Below the pieces are notes generated by a model. That model ran no database searches. It was not told where the DNA came from and saw nothing but the letters and a program-made list of their open reading frames with translations. This document shows positions 9,032 through 17,885 of a stretch of DNA of 64,000 bases, piece by piece; the stretch's first letter is position 1; every line of letters starts with the position of its first letter. The position numbers and the translations under genes are program-made. This stretch comes from Gemmatimonadota bacterium (GTDB taxonomy: Bacteria; Gemmatimonadota; Gemmatimonadetes; Gemmatimonadales; GWC2-71-9): assembly GCA_029262195.1 (NCBI GenBank), contig JAJCZX010000003.1, positions 17,499-81,498 of the forward strand, in the 5' to 3' direction.

Positions 9032-9388
9032 ATGGCAGTTAAGAAGAAGGCGAAAAAGAAGGCGACCAAGAAAAAGGCCGCCAAGAAAAAGGCCGTGAAG
9101 AAAAAAGCGACCAAGAAAAAGGCGACCAAGAAAAAGGCGACCAAAAAGAAGGCCGCTAAGAAAAAGGCCGTGAAGAGAAAGGCGACCAAGAAGAAAGCAA
9201 CAAAGAAAAAAGCTACAAAGAAAAAGGCTGCCAAGAAGAAAAAGGCAGTAAAGAAAAAAGCAACAAAGAAGAAGGCAACAAAGAAAAAAGCTGCGAAGAA
9301 GAAAGCAACAAAGAAAAAGGCTACCAAGAAAAAAGCCACCAGGAAAAAGGCGACCAAAAGAAAGGCCGCTAAGAAAAGAAGACGCTAG
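9032..9388 (+). CDS. Lys/Ala-rich histone-H1-like / nucleoid-associated basic protein
   Basis: 118 aa built almost entirely from (A/T/V)KKKA pentapeptide repeats. GGAGAG Shine-Dalgarno upstream of the ATG at 9032; the ORF track starts at a GTG at 8981. Confidence 0.75.
   Translation: MAVKKKAKKKATKKKAAKKKAVKKKATKKKATKKKATKKKAAKKKAVKRKATKKKATKKKATKKKAAKKKKAVKKKATKKKATKKKAAKKKATKKKATKKKATRKKATKRKAAKKRRR
9038..9379. repeat. Degenerate tandem coding repeat with 15-nt period (KKKAx units)
   Basis: About 22 repeats of aag-aaa-aag-gcN-acN. The first block uses gcg-acc codons and the second block uses gca-aca codons. Confidence 0.8.
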
Positions 9389-9411
9389 TTAAATTTGCGT
9401 CGATGCTGCAA

Positions 9412-9434
9412 GGGGCCGGCCTGCTGCCGGCCCC
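9412..9434. terminator. GC-rich hairpin between convergent genes (possible bidirectional terminator; no clear U-tract)
   Basis: GGGGCCGGC, loop CTGCT, GCCGGCCCC. Lies between the stop at 9388 (+) and the stop at 9444 (-). Confidence 0.45.
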
Positions 9435-9443
9435 GCAACATCC

Positions 9444-10262
9444 TCAGTCCCGTTTCACCGACATGAATTCCCCGGCTCGTGTTCCCACGGGTCGAGCCCC
9501 CCAATTTGAGTACAGACCACGCAGGTGAGACATTTCGAGTTCCAGTTCGTGGAGCTGATCATCGGATGCTACGAACAGGTAGTGAGTGCCGCCGGGCACG
9601 GTGATCTCCTGCAGGTGAGAAATTGCCAACTCCCGAGCCCGTCGCTCCAGGGTAATCAGGTCGCGGCATTCAATTATGACGAGCGCCGGCGTCACTTCGG
9701 GAAACCAGCGTCCGGCCAGATCTACGGCAAAAGCCTCCAGCTTTGGTGACAGGCTTTCTGCGGCGGCCCGGTGTTCTGCGGCATCAACGGTTTTGACGTC
9801 CGAAGCGATGAAGGTCACCCTGCTGTCATGGGCCGCGACGAAATACGCGTGTTCGGCGCAATCGCGGCCAATCAGCAAAGCCTGGTCCTCTGACTCAAGA
9901 TAGAGCACGAGTTCGGCGACGGGACATTCGGGCTGGATGGACTTCCAATGGGTAATCTGACGCTGGGCCAGTCTACGCTTTACATAGCCATTCTTCCATT
10001 TGGTAAACCGCGGAAGGTTCAGGCTGCTGGCTATCAAGTCGTCTACTTCGTCGCTGACCAGCACCTCTGTCAATGCAAGCTGTCCACCCTTCCCGGGGTC
10101 CATAGACCGGACCGCCTGGTCGCCGAGTGCCATAAGGCGCTCCCGGCTTAGCTGGTTCTTGTGGTCTTCGATCCTTTGCTGGATGTATTCTCCGTACTCC
10201 TGGCGTAACGGCCTTGAGGGCCGCACCTGGCTGCGCCTGGAGTAGTCCGGCTTAGCTAACAT
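9444..10262 (-). CDS. Hypothetical protein (no recognisable motifs)
   Basis: 272-aa ORF. Its ATG overlaps the stop of the upstream CDF transporter gene by 7 nt. Confidence 0.55.
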   Translation of the reverse strand: MLAKPDYSRRSQVRPSRPLRQEYGEYIQQRIEDHKNQLSRERLMALGDQAVRSMDPGKGGQLALTEVLVSDEVDDLIASSLNLPRFTKWKNGYVKRRLAQRQITHWKSIQPECPVAELVLYLESEDQALLIGRDCAEHAYFVAAHDSRVTFIASDVKTVDAAEHRAAAESLSPKLEAFAVDLAGRWFPEVTPALVIIECRDLITLERRARELAISHLQEITVPGGTHYLFVASDDQLHELELEMSHLRGLYSNWGARPVGTRAGEFMSVKRD

Positions 10263-11134
10263 GGTTCAACGTGTACAACGATCTGGTTAATCCCTAGGTC
10301 CTGACGAAGTCTATCCTCAACAAGGTCGGCAATTCCATGCGCTTGTTCAACCGTTGCTTGCCCTTCGACTGAAATTGTCAGCTCTGCGAACCTGAGGTTC
10401 GGTGCGCCCCGACTCTTGATGTCATATGCCTCTTCAACCCCATCGATCGATTCTGAAATCTTTTTTATCTCCCTGTAATCGACGACCTGTTCATCGACCA
10501 GAACGGGAATGGCTCGCACGATGATGTCGCGGGCGATGACAACGATCGCTGCGGCTACAACCAGAGCCACGAGCGGGTCCGCAAACGGAAAGCCGGATCG
10601 AGAAAGAAAAACGCCTGCGATAACTCCTATAGTTATGAAAACGTCCGCTTTGGTATGCGCGGCGTCGGCCAGGAGGATCTGGCTATTCAGTTCTTTTCCG
10701 CGACGGGTTTCGTATGCAGCTACTGCAGCGTTGATGGCCAACGTTGCAATAAGGATTGCTAATTCGCCATTGGAAATGTCCAGAGGCTGGGCCCCTGCTT
10801 TGAGGCGGGTCAGGGCGCCTTTGACAATTTCGAATCCGGTGATCGATAGAAATACAACGATCAGAAGGGCGCCGAGTGTCTCAAATTTGCGGTGGCCGTA
10901 AGGGTGGTCTTCATCGGGTGCCAGGGCTGCGACCGAAATGATTGCGAGCCCCAGGACATTATTCATTGCATCGACTGCTGAATGCACGGCATCACCGGCT
11001 ACTGCGAGAGAGCCGGTTGCAACGCCGATAAATAGTTTTGCGGCAACGACGACGACGTTGGCGAAAAGAAGGCCGATGAGAACCCGCTTGACCTCCTGTT
11101 GTCGGTCGTGCTGCTTATTGGGGGCAGACGCCAT
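10256..11134 (-). CDS. Cation diffusion facilitator (CDF) family metal efflux transporter
   Basis: Six predicted TM segments with HSAVDAMNN and HTKADVFITIG metal-site motifs, plus a C-terminal cytoplasmic domain. Confidence 0.85.
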   Translation of the reverse strand: MASAPNKQHDRQQEVKRVLIGLLFANVVVVAAKLFIGVATGSLAVAGDAVHSAVDAMNNVLGLAIISVAALAPDEDHPYGHRKFETLGALLIVVFLSITGFEIVKGALTRLKAGAQPLDISNGELAILIATLAINAAVAAYETRRGKELNSQILLADAAHTKADVFITIGVIAGVFLSRSGFPFADPLVALVVAAAIVVIARDIIVRAIPVLVDEQVVDYREIKKISESIDGVEEAYDIKSRGAPNLRFAELTISVEGQATVEQAHGIADLVEDRLRQDLGINQIVVHVEPC

Positions 11135-11227
11135 CGCTCACAACCTTGCATGGCCGAGTTTGGCTGTCAAGCTAAAGAAGTCCGTTATTTTCAGTGCTTT
11201 AGTCCGCCATGGGGAAGGAAAAGATTT

Positions 11228-11863
11228 GTGACTGCCGAATTGGATTTGCGCCTGGTGGCAATCGCCGACGAACGTGTCCTGGCAGACAGGGACATAGTGG
11301 CCGCTTGCCTCGCCGCGGAAGCCGGAGGAGCCACCTGTATTCAATTGAGGATGAAGACCGCTCCGTCTTCCGTGTTCCTGGACACAGTGCTCCGTGTTGT
11401 CGGGCGGGTCAAAGTACCCGTTTTCGTCAACGATCGTATTGACGTGGCGGTTCTCGGCAAGGCATCAGGAGTGCACCTGGGCTGGGACGATCTTTCAGTT
11501 GGCGATGCCAGGTCTGTGAAAGGGACGGATGGGCTGTTCTTCGGGATCTCAGTGGGTACGCCAGAGGAAGCTGTTCGCTCAAAGGGGGTAGCGGCCGACT
11601 ACTGGGGTTCTGGCCCGGTGTTTTCGACGAAAAACAAAAGCGATGCCGGAAATGCGATAGGGATCAGTGGGTTAGCGAAACTGGTGGAGGCAGCCGGTCA
11701 TGTGCCTGTTGTTGCCATCGGAGGAATAACTGCTGGCAGTTGCGAAGCAGCAATGCACACGGGCGCGGCAGGTGTAGCGGTGATCGGTGCTGTTTTCGGT
11801 TCCGGTGATGTGGAAGGCGAAACCAAAAAGCTTAGGCGAGCGATCGATTCAGCGACGAGCTGA
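11228..11863 (+). CDS. thiE: Thiamine-phosphate synthase
   Basis: ThiE-like LVAIAD..., IQLRMK, VNDRIDVA, GVHLG, AIGGI motifs. I prefer the GTG at 11228 with an upstream GGAAGGA; the maximal ORF from 11099 would overlap the divergent CDF gene. Confidence 0.8.
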   Translation: MTAELDLRLVAIADERVLADRDIVAACLAAEAGGATCIQLRMKTAPSSVFLDTVLRVVGRVKVPVFVNDRIDVAVLGKASGVHLGWDDLSVGDARSVKGTDGLFFGISVGTPEEAVRSKGVAADYWGSGPVFSTKNKSDAGNAIGISGLAKLVEAAGHVPVVAIGGITAGSCEAAMHTGAAGVAVIGAVFGSGDVEGETKKLRRAIDSATS

Positions 11864-12832
11864 AGACCTGCGTTGTCTCGCCCAGATCTCCCGCAATTCG
11901 GCCACATGAGTATTGTGTTCCCGCAATGTCCTCGAAAAAATGTGTTTGCCGGTCGTGTCGGCTACCATGAACAGAAAATCCGTCTCACGCGGGTTCAACG
12001 TGGCGTCTATGCTCGCTGCAGATGGTTGGCCAATTGGCCCGGGAGGCAGTCCGTCAATGAGGTAAGTATTATAAGGAGACTGATACTGATAATCCCGCTC
12101 AAACAAGGTTCTGCGTACGCCCATGGCGAAAATTACTGTCGGATCCGCCTGTAACCTCATTCCTCGGTTTAAACGATTGTGGTACAAAGAAGAGACCACC
12201 GGGCCGTCCGGTCGGTACATAACCTCTCCCTCAACTATCGATGCGAACGTTACTACTTCGTAGCGGGTGAAGCCCAAATCGGCGGCCCTGGTCGTCCACT
12301 CTTCCCGCCACTGGTTCTGAAATTCGCGAGTCATTTGACGCACAAGGTCGTCGGCAGATGCTCCAACCGGGACATCATATGTAGACGGATATAGGTAACC
12401 CTCGAGGTTGGGGCCGGGAATTTCCAGGTCTGCTCTCAATGCGGAGTCTTCGATAGCAGTCATGAAATCGGCGGGTGCGATTCCTATGTGAGCCACCAAC
12501 GCCGAAATCTCTCGTGCCATCAACCCTTCGGGGATCACAAGTCGGTTCGTCGCTACCGCGCCCGAGGTAAGCATTCGAAGTATTGTGCCACTCGAAGAGT
12601 TTAGCGGGAGGTCGTAAACGCCCATCTGTATGGCGCGTTGCCTTCCGGTCATGCGCGCATAGGCCTTGAAACGCGTAGCTGACCCGATGACGTTGAGCTC
12701 CTCCAACTGGTTGGCCACAACACCTAACGGTGTGCCAGCTCCGATCGTGTAGCGCACGACCTCGTTGTTTGATTGGTCTCCCGAGCATCCTCCAAAAATC
12801 ACCAACAGAAACAGGGGTACGAATCGTTTCAT
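11849..12832 (-). CDS. mltG: Endolytic murein transglycosylase MltG (YceG family)
   Basis: Lipoprotein-like signal (LVIFGGCSG). YceG motifs LVIPEG, ASIVEGE and YNTYLIDGLPPGPI. Confidence 0.85.
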   Translation of the reverse strand: MKRFVPLFLLVIFGGCSGDQSNNEVVRYTIGAGTPLGVVANQLEELNVIGSATRFKAYARMTGRQRAIQMGVYDLPLNSSSGTILRMLTSGAVATNRLVIPEGLMAREISALVAHIGIAPADFMTAIEDSALRADLEIPGPNLEGYLYPSTYDVPVGASADDLVRQMTREFQNQWREEWTTRAADLGFTRYEVVTFASIVEGEVMYRPDGPVVSSLYHNRLNRGMRLQADPTVIFAMGVRRTLFERDYQYQSPYNTYLIDGLPPGPIGQPSAASIDATLNPRETDFLFMVADTTGKHIFSRTLREHNTHVAELREIWARQRRSSARR

Positions 12833-13305
12833 CCGGCCCGCCGATCAAGGAAAGCCTGTAAGAGAAGCGCCGCCGAAAGTTGATCCACGTCTCCTTTTCT
12901 TCCTCGCGTGGACCCCTCCATTTCCTTAATAGCGGCCAATGCCCGGGCAGTTGTGAATCGCTCGTCTTGAAATTCGAGGGGAAGATCAGTTTGCTTTTTG
13001 ATCAGGGCAGCAACTTCGCGTGCCGCCAGGGATGCCGGAGATTCCTGACCATCCTGATCGAGAGGGAGGCCCACGACTATGCCCACCACGGAGTTGGAGT
13101 CCAGGTGTTCACGGAACGCTTTCATCGGGAACCGTCTTCCGCTGCGCCTCGTGAGGGTAATCAACGGGTGCCCAATCATTTGAGTGGGGTCTGACAATGC
13201 CAGTCCAATGCGTTTCTCGCCCCAGTCAACGCCGACAATTCTTCCTTCACCAGGAATTCTACAGGCGCTGCTGTCTGGCTGTCGTGCTCCTGAGGTTGCA
13301 GCCAC
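12829..13305 (-). CDS. ruvX: Holliday-junction resolvase-like nuclease RuvX/YqgF
   Basis: GVDWGEKRIGLALSD N-terminal motif. ATGA overlap with mltG. Confidence 0.85.
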   Translation of the reverse strand: MAATSGARQPDSSACRIPGEGRIVGVDWGEKRIGLALSDPTQMIGHPLITLTRRSGRRFPMKAFREHLDSNSVVGIVVGLPLDQDGQESPASLAAREVAALIKKQTDLPLEFQDERFTTARALAAIKEMEGSTRGRKGDVDQLSAALLLQAFLDRRAG

Positions 13306-13313
13306 CGGGATAG

Positions 13314-14579
13314 TCAGCTCTGTTGCATCTGGGCGAAAAATTCCTTGTTGGTGTCCGTGCGCTTCATTCTTTCCAACAGGAATTCTATCGCCTCCACGGT
13401 TGGCATGTCAGCCAGGAAATTCCTTAGCAAATAGACCTTATTGAGGTCGTCGTCGCTCAGGAGCAGTTCCTCTTTCCGGGTAGAGGAACGCTGCACGTCA
13501 ATGGCCGGGTAAACTCTACGGTCAGCGATGCGTCGGTCGAGGACCAATTCCATGTTACCGGTTCCCTTGAACTCCTCGAAAATTACCTCATCCATGCGAC
13601 TCCCGGTCTCGATGAGGGCCGTGGCTATGATGGTGAGCGAGCCGCCGTCTTCGATGTTCCGAGCAGCTCCGAAAAACCTCTTCGGTTTTTGAAGTGCGTT
13701 GGCATCAACCCCGCCGGAAAGGATTTTGCCGGAGTGAGGGATTACCGTGTTGTGTGCCCGGGCCAGGCGGGTAATAGAGTCCAGCAGGATGACAACGTCT
13801 TTACCGTGCTCAACCAGGCGTCTGGCCTTCTCGATAACCATGTCGGCAACCTGAACATGTCGGTCGGCCGGTTCGTCGAACGTCGACGCGATAACCTCGG
13901 CGTCCACGTTTTCTTCCATGTCGGTAACCTCCTCCGGACGTTCATCAATAAGCAGGACGATAAGCGTCATGTCGGGGTGGTTCTGGCTGATCGAGTTGGC
14001 CAGCCGTTGGAGGAGGATGGTCTTTCCAGCCTTCGGGGGGGCGACAATTAGTCCACGTTGTCCGTAGCCGATCGGGGAGAGAATGTCGATCACTCTGGTC
14101 GAAATGTCCCCGGCTTCTTGCTCCAGGGCGATCTTACGGTCTGGGTAGCGAGGGCGCAGGTTGTCGAAGGCGACCCGCTGTTTCGCTTTGTCGGGTTCGT
14201 CGAAATTGACCTTTTCAACCTTCAGTAGCGCAAGGTATCGTTCGCCTTCTTTCGGGGGACGTACCTGCCCATTAATGGTATCACCGGTACGGAGGTCAAA
14301 GCGTTTGATCTGGCTCGGAGAGACATAGATGTCGTCCGGGCCGTAGAGGTAATTCCAGTCGGGGCTGCGCAGGAAGCCATAACCTTCCGATAAAATCTCC
14401 AGGACCCCTTCGGCTCGCAGGACGGTATCACCGTCGAGCAGACTCTGTTCAATCTTGAAAATTAGATCCTGCTTGCGCAGCCCAGAGTAGTTTGTGATGT
14501 TCAACTCCTCGGCCAGCGCGTTTAGATCCACGACAGATTTTTTCTTTAGTTCAGAGATGTCCACTGGGAAGGGCTCCAT
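13314..14579 (-). CDS. rho: Transcription termination factor Rho
   Basis: Full-length Rho. N-terminal [21 protein letters not shown]-binding domain GFLR, Walker A PPKAGKT, and [10 protein letters not shown]. Confidence 0.95.
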   Translation of the reverse strand: MEPFPVDISELKKKSVVDLNALAEELNITNYSGLRKQDLIFKIEQSLLDGDTVLRAEGVLEILSEGYGFLRSPDWNYLYGPDDIYVSPSQIKRFDLRTGDTINGQVRPPKEGERYLALLKVEKVNFDEPDKAKQRVAFDNLRPRYPDRKIALEQEAGDISTRVIDILSPIGYGQRGLIVAPPKAGKTILLQRLANSISQNHPDMTLIVLLIDERPEEVTDMEENVDAEVIASTFDEPADRHVQVADMVIEKARRLVEHGKDVVILLDSITRLARAHNTVIPHSGKILSGGVDANALQKPKRFFGAARNIEDGGSLTIIATALIETGSRMDEVIFEEFKGTGNMELVLDRRIADRRVYPAIDVQRSSTRKEELLLSDDDLNKVYLLRNFLADMPTVEAIEFLLERMKRTDTNKEFFAQMQQS

Positions 14580-14709
14580 GCCCCGGTGGGGGCTTTGTTC
14601 GTGTGGGTGGGTAAGGACTTTATTGAAGGATTTGGTACGATTCTGTTCGAGAAAATGACCTGCAGCATCTGTACATTATGGTTTTGCCAAGTAACAGTCA
14701 AGAGGTGTT

Positions 14710-15822
14710 GTGAAGCAGTTTGAACCTTTTTTGAGGTGGTGGCGAGCTACCTCGGTCAGCAATCGTGAAATCGTTGAAGCGGTGGTTCGTCCCGAACACG
14801 TAGGACCATCCGAAGGCCTTCAGGACGCGCTGAAGAATTGGCCCGGGACGCACTACTGGGTGCGAGACGCCGGTCATGATAGAATCGTATTGATCCGCAC
14901 CATCGGGGAGCCGGCTCCAGAGCGCTGGGGTGTCCACCTGTTTCTTTTTGCGCTGACCTTCGTAACTGTGATGATGGCTGGTGCCGTTTTGGCGGGACGA
15001 CCGGTCAGTTTTGATGTATTTAAGGCAGGGTTTTCCTCTGAACAGTTCTTGGCGATGATTACCTGGGTCAAAGACCTTATGCCGGGCCTGGTCTTCGCCT
15101 TGGCTTTCATGTCCATGCTCCTTGTACACGAACTCGGCCACTACTTTGCGGCTCGTCGATATGTTATTGACGCTTCGCCTCCATACTTTCTTCCGGCTCC
15201 TCCGATGCTCATAATCGGAACTCTGGGAGCTTTTATCCGGATACGAAGTCCTATTGCCGACAGACGGCAGTTAATGGATGTGGGCGCTTCGGGGCCCTGG
15301 GCCGGATTCGTGGTTGCTCTGGCCTGTCTTATTGTCGGCATCACCAATTCCACGGTTATCCAACTCGGAGAACCAGCGCAGGTCGTGCAACTTGGGAGTG
15401 TCCAAATCCCGATTGGCGATTCGCTCCTGTTGGTGTGGGTACGACATTTTCTCAAACCCGAAGGACTCATCGCTCTTGATCCGCTGGCCGTGGCGGGTTG
15501 GTTCGGGGTGTTCGTGACCGCCCTGAACCTTCTGCCGATGGGACAACTCGACGGGGGCCATGTCCTTTATTCGTTAATAAAGGACAAGCAAAAATACGTC
15601 GGGTGGATCATGTGGTACGCGCTCTTATTTCTGGGCTTTCGTTTCACCGGTTGGTGGATCTGGGCTGGTTTGACCCTGTTGTTGGGGCGCGGGGGGCTTT
15701 CACACCCTTCTGTGTTAGACCGGTATCGACCGTTACCTCGGAGCCGGATTCCGGTGGGCTGGGCGACTGTTTTCCTTTTCATAATAACCTTTACTCCGAT
15801 TCCGTTTCACCTCCCGTTGTAG
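14710..15822 (+). CDS. Site-2 protease family (M50) membrane metalloprotease
   Basis: HELGHY zinc motif inside a polytopic membrane protein, plus a later NLLPMGQLDGG motif. Confidence 0.8.
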   Translation: MKQFEPFLRWWRATSVSNREIVEAVVRPEHVGPSEGLQDALKNWPGTHYWVRDAGHDRIVLIRTIGEPAPERWGVHLFLFALTFVTVMMAGAVLAGRPVSFDVFKAGFSSEQFLAMITWVKDLMPGLVFALAFMSMLLVHELGHYFAARRYVIDASPPYFLPAPPMLIIGTLGAFIRIRSPIADRRQLMDVGASGPWAGFVVALACLIVGITNSTVIQLGEPAQVVQLGSVQIPIGDSLLLVWVRHFLKPEGLIALDPLAVAGWFGVFVTALNLLPMGQLDGGHVLYSLIKDKQKYVGWIMWYALLFLGFRFTGWWIWAGLTLLLGRGGLSHPSVLDRYRPLPRSRIPVGWATVFLFIITFTPIPFHLPL

Positions 15823-15867
15823 CCTTCGGTTACCCACAATTCAGGGCTAGTGACTGACCGCTCACTA

Positions 15868-15902
15868 TTGCGCAAGTGGTTTTGCTGTTTATATTTGCGC
15901 AA
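15868..15902 (+). promoter_or_regulatory. Two copies of the perfect palindrome TTGCGCAA, 27 nt apart, upstream of the 15920 operon
   Basis: TTGCGCAA at 15868..15875 and 15895..15902. The first can also serve as a -35 (TTGCGC-N17-ATATTT). Confidence 0.3.
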
Positions 15903-15919
15903 ACTATCAACATGATGAT

Positions 15920-16207
15920 ATGAGCGCTGAACCGGTCAGATACGGGGCTGCAAAACTCGGGGAGCCAGTCGAGCACGAACTTCCACCTTTTGTCTACAAA
16001 GGTGAGCAGGTCGAAATTTGCGTCGTCGTTCGCCGACTTGAAGATGGATCCTGGAGGGGGTATATAGTCTTTGACGGGCCTCCAGATGGGAACGGAGTCA
16101 CCACCGCCGATATCTTTTATGCTGAAAATGAAGATGATTTTTGGCTTTCAGTCCGAAGTTTGAGGGAACACCACCTCCGCGACCTTTACCGTGCAGTGTC
16201 GGAATGA
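15920..16207 (+). CDS. Hypothetical 95-aa protein
   Basis: ORF whose stop overlaps the next start (ATGA at 16204..16207). Confidence 0.5.
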   Translation: MSAEPVRYGAAKLGEPVEHELPPFVYKGEQVEICVVVRRLEDGSWRGYIVFDGPPDGNGVTTADIFYAENEDDFWLSVRSLREHHLRDLYRAVSE

Positions 16208-16389
16208 CAGACGATATACGCAAATTGAAACATGACTTGGCTAATCCTCTTTCTGCGATTCTGGCCGAGACGCAGTTGATGCTGCTTGACGCTGACACGC
16301 TTCCCGCCGATATGGTTGGTTCATTGAAGGAAATCGAGAATCTCTCAAGACGAATGCGTGACATCCTTCAGGGCGTCAACCAACCCTAG
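16204..16389 (+). CDS. Stand-alone HisKA/DHp-domain mini-protein (61 aa)
   Basis: H-box HDLANPLSAIL followed by a second helix (SLKEIENLSRRMRDIL). No sensor or ATPase domain. Translationally coupled to the 15920 ORF. Confidence 0.55.
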   Translation: MTDDIRKLKHDLANPLSAILAETQLMLLDADTLPADMVGSLKEIENLSRRMRDILQGVNQP

Positions 16390-16550
16390 AAAACACTGGG
16401 AAAGCCGGTGATATAGCGCACTGCAAAAACGGTGACAGTAGCGAATAATGGTGTTCAGCTTAGAATTTACTTGACGTTTACCTTTTCGCGGGGCACCTTT
16501 TCGACTCTGGGGTTTCCCGGGTCACAACTAACCGTTTCGCTGGTTTTGCT

Positions 16551-17885
16551 ATGAAGAATTCTTCGGTCAGCAACTCGTTTCTTTCTTTGAAGCTGCTTGT
16601 TCCTTCGCTGTCTATCGCGATTGCAGCCTGTGGTGGTGCCACGGCGAGCCAGGTTTCTCCAAATGAGATTCCGGGTCTTGAGGCGAGGCTTGAATCGGAA
16701 CCCTCCAACGGCAAGGTCCTACTCAGGTATGCCGCTGCACTTTTTTCGGCGGACAGGTGCACGGATGCCGTGCCGGTGGCCCGGCGAGGTATGGCGGTTC
16801 GCCCCGGGGATGCGCTCGGGCCCCTCGTGGTTGGACAATGTCTCGAAAGGGACGGGGATTACTCGGGGGCTGTAGATCTGTACGGTTCCTTTGCTACTCG
16901 CAATCCGGATGCCCGCGGAGTCTCTGCGGTGCGTTCACGGCAAATGCTGGCGAGACGAGCCGGTGCTACGCAACAGGCTCGGGCCGCTCTGGCGAGCGAG
17001 CAGCAGCTTCAAGGAGAACCGACCGATCCGAGATCAGTGGCCGTTCTACCTCTTACCATTGTCGGCGACAGCATTTACCAGCCTCTTTCCAGAGGTCTGG
17101 CTCAGATGATTACGTCGGACCTTGGCCTTCTTCAACAATTTCGGCTTTTGGAACGGCTGCAGCTCGGAGCGATCCTTAACGAGTTGGAGTTCTCCCAGGG
17201 GGACCGCGTTGACCCGGGGACTGCCGCAAGGGTTGGCCGTTTGATGCGGGCGGGACGAATGGTCTCGGGTTTGACGGTTATTCCGCCCGATGGTGATGTC
17301 AGGCTTGAAACCACTGTGGTCCAGTCGACCGGCGAGGTGACTTCGCCTTCCTCCTCCACCGGTCGGTTACGGGATCTTCTGCGGTTGGAGAAAGAAATTG
17401 TCGTGGAAATTGCCGGCCAGCTTGGCTACGTGTTGTCTCCTGCTGAGCGTCAGGCAATTCTCGAAAACGGAACTCAAGACCTTGCGGCGTTTCTGGCCTA
17501 CTCCAACGGCCTGGTTGCCGAAGATCTGGGAGACTATGGGTCAGCAGCACGATTCTACCAACAGGCCGTGCAGGCTGATCCCGGTTTCCAGGGAGCGCGC
17601 GAAGGCTATGAGGCTTCGACCGCAGCTCCTGGAGTTGCAAGTTCGTCGGCCAGCGACGTAACGACCGTGGCAGCGGCGCCGCCGTCCCGGGCTCCGGGTG
17701 CGAGCGGCGCGGTTGCGAACGAATTCCTCGCGTCTCAGTTCGATTTGGTTCCTCACGCGACTGATGCCCCGACCGATGATAACGGAACGAATACTTCGAT
17801 CAGCGTACCGCCTGAGACTGTCACCAGTGAGGGCACGCCGACCAATTCCACCGGTACGGTGAGAATCGTGTTCAAACTACCATGA
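16551..17885 (+). CDS. TPR-containing lipoprotein with an LpoB/CsgG-like VAVLPL module
   Basis: Lipobox SIAIAAC. TPR-like helices at both ends. A central VAVLPLTIVGD...LAQMITSDL segment. Ser/Thr/Ala-rich tail. Confidence 0.55.
   Translation: MKNSSVSNSFLSLKLLVPSLSIAIAACGGATASQVSPNEIPGLEARLESEPSNGKVLLRYAAALFSADRCTDAVPVARRGMAVRPGDALGPLVVGQCLERDGDYSGAVDLYGSFATRNPDARGVSAVRSRQMLARRAGATQQARAALASEQQLQGEPTDPRSVAVLPLTIVGDSIYQPLSRGLAQMITSDLGLLQQFRLLERLQLGAILNELEFSQGDRVDPGTAARVGRLMRAGRMVSGLTVIPPDGDVRLETTVVQSTGEVTSPSSSTGRLRDLLRLEKEIVVEIAGQLGYVLSPAERQAILENGTQDLAAFLAYSNGLVAEDLGDYGSAARFYQQAVQADPGFQGAREGYEASTAAPGVASSSASDVTTVAAAPPSRAPGASGAVANEFLASQFDLVPHATDAPTDDNGTNTSISVPPETVTSEGTPTNSTGTVRIVFKLP

Noticed and set aside
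8818-9357. 179-aa minus-strand ORF encoding FFLVAFFLVAFF... repeats
   Set aside because: It is the reverse-complement reading of the Lys/Ala repeat gene (AAG/AAA codons read as CTT/TTT). It has no independent start context. It is a mirror artefact of a low-complexity repeat.
11135-11227. TPP riboswitch upstream of thiE
   Set aside because: The 93-nt spacer lacks the conserved CUGAGA and ACCUGAUCUGGAUAAUGCCAGCG-type elements, and it is too short for the THI-box fold.
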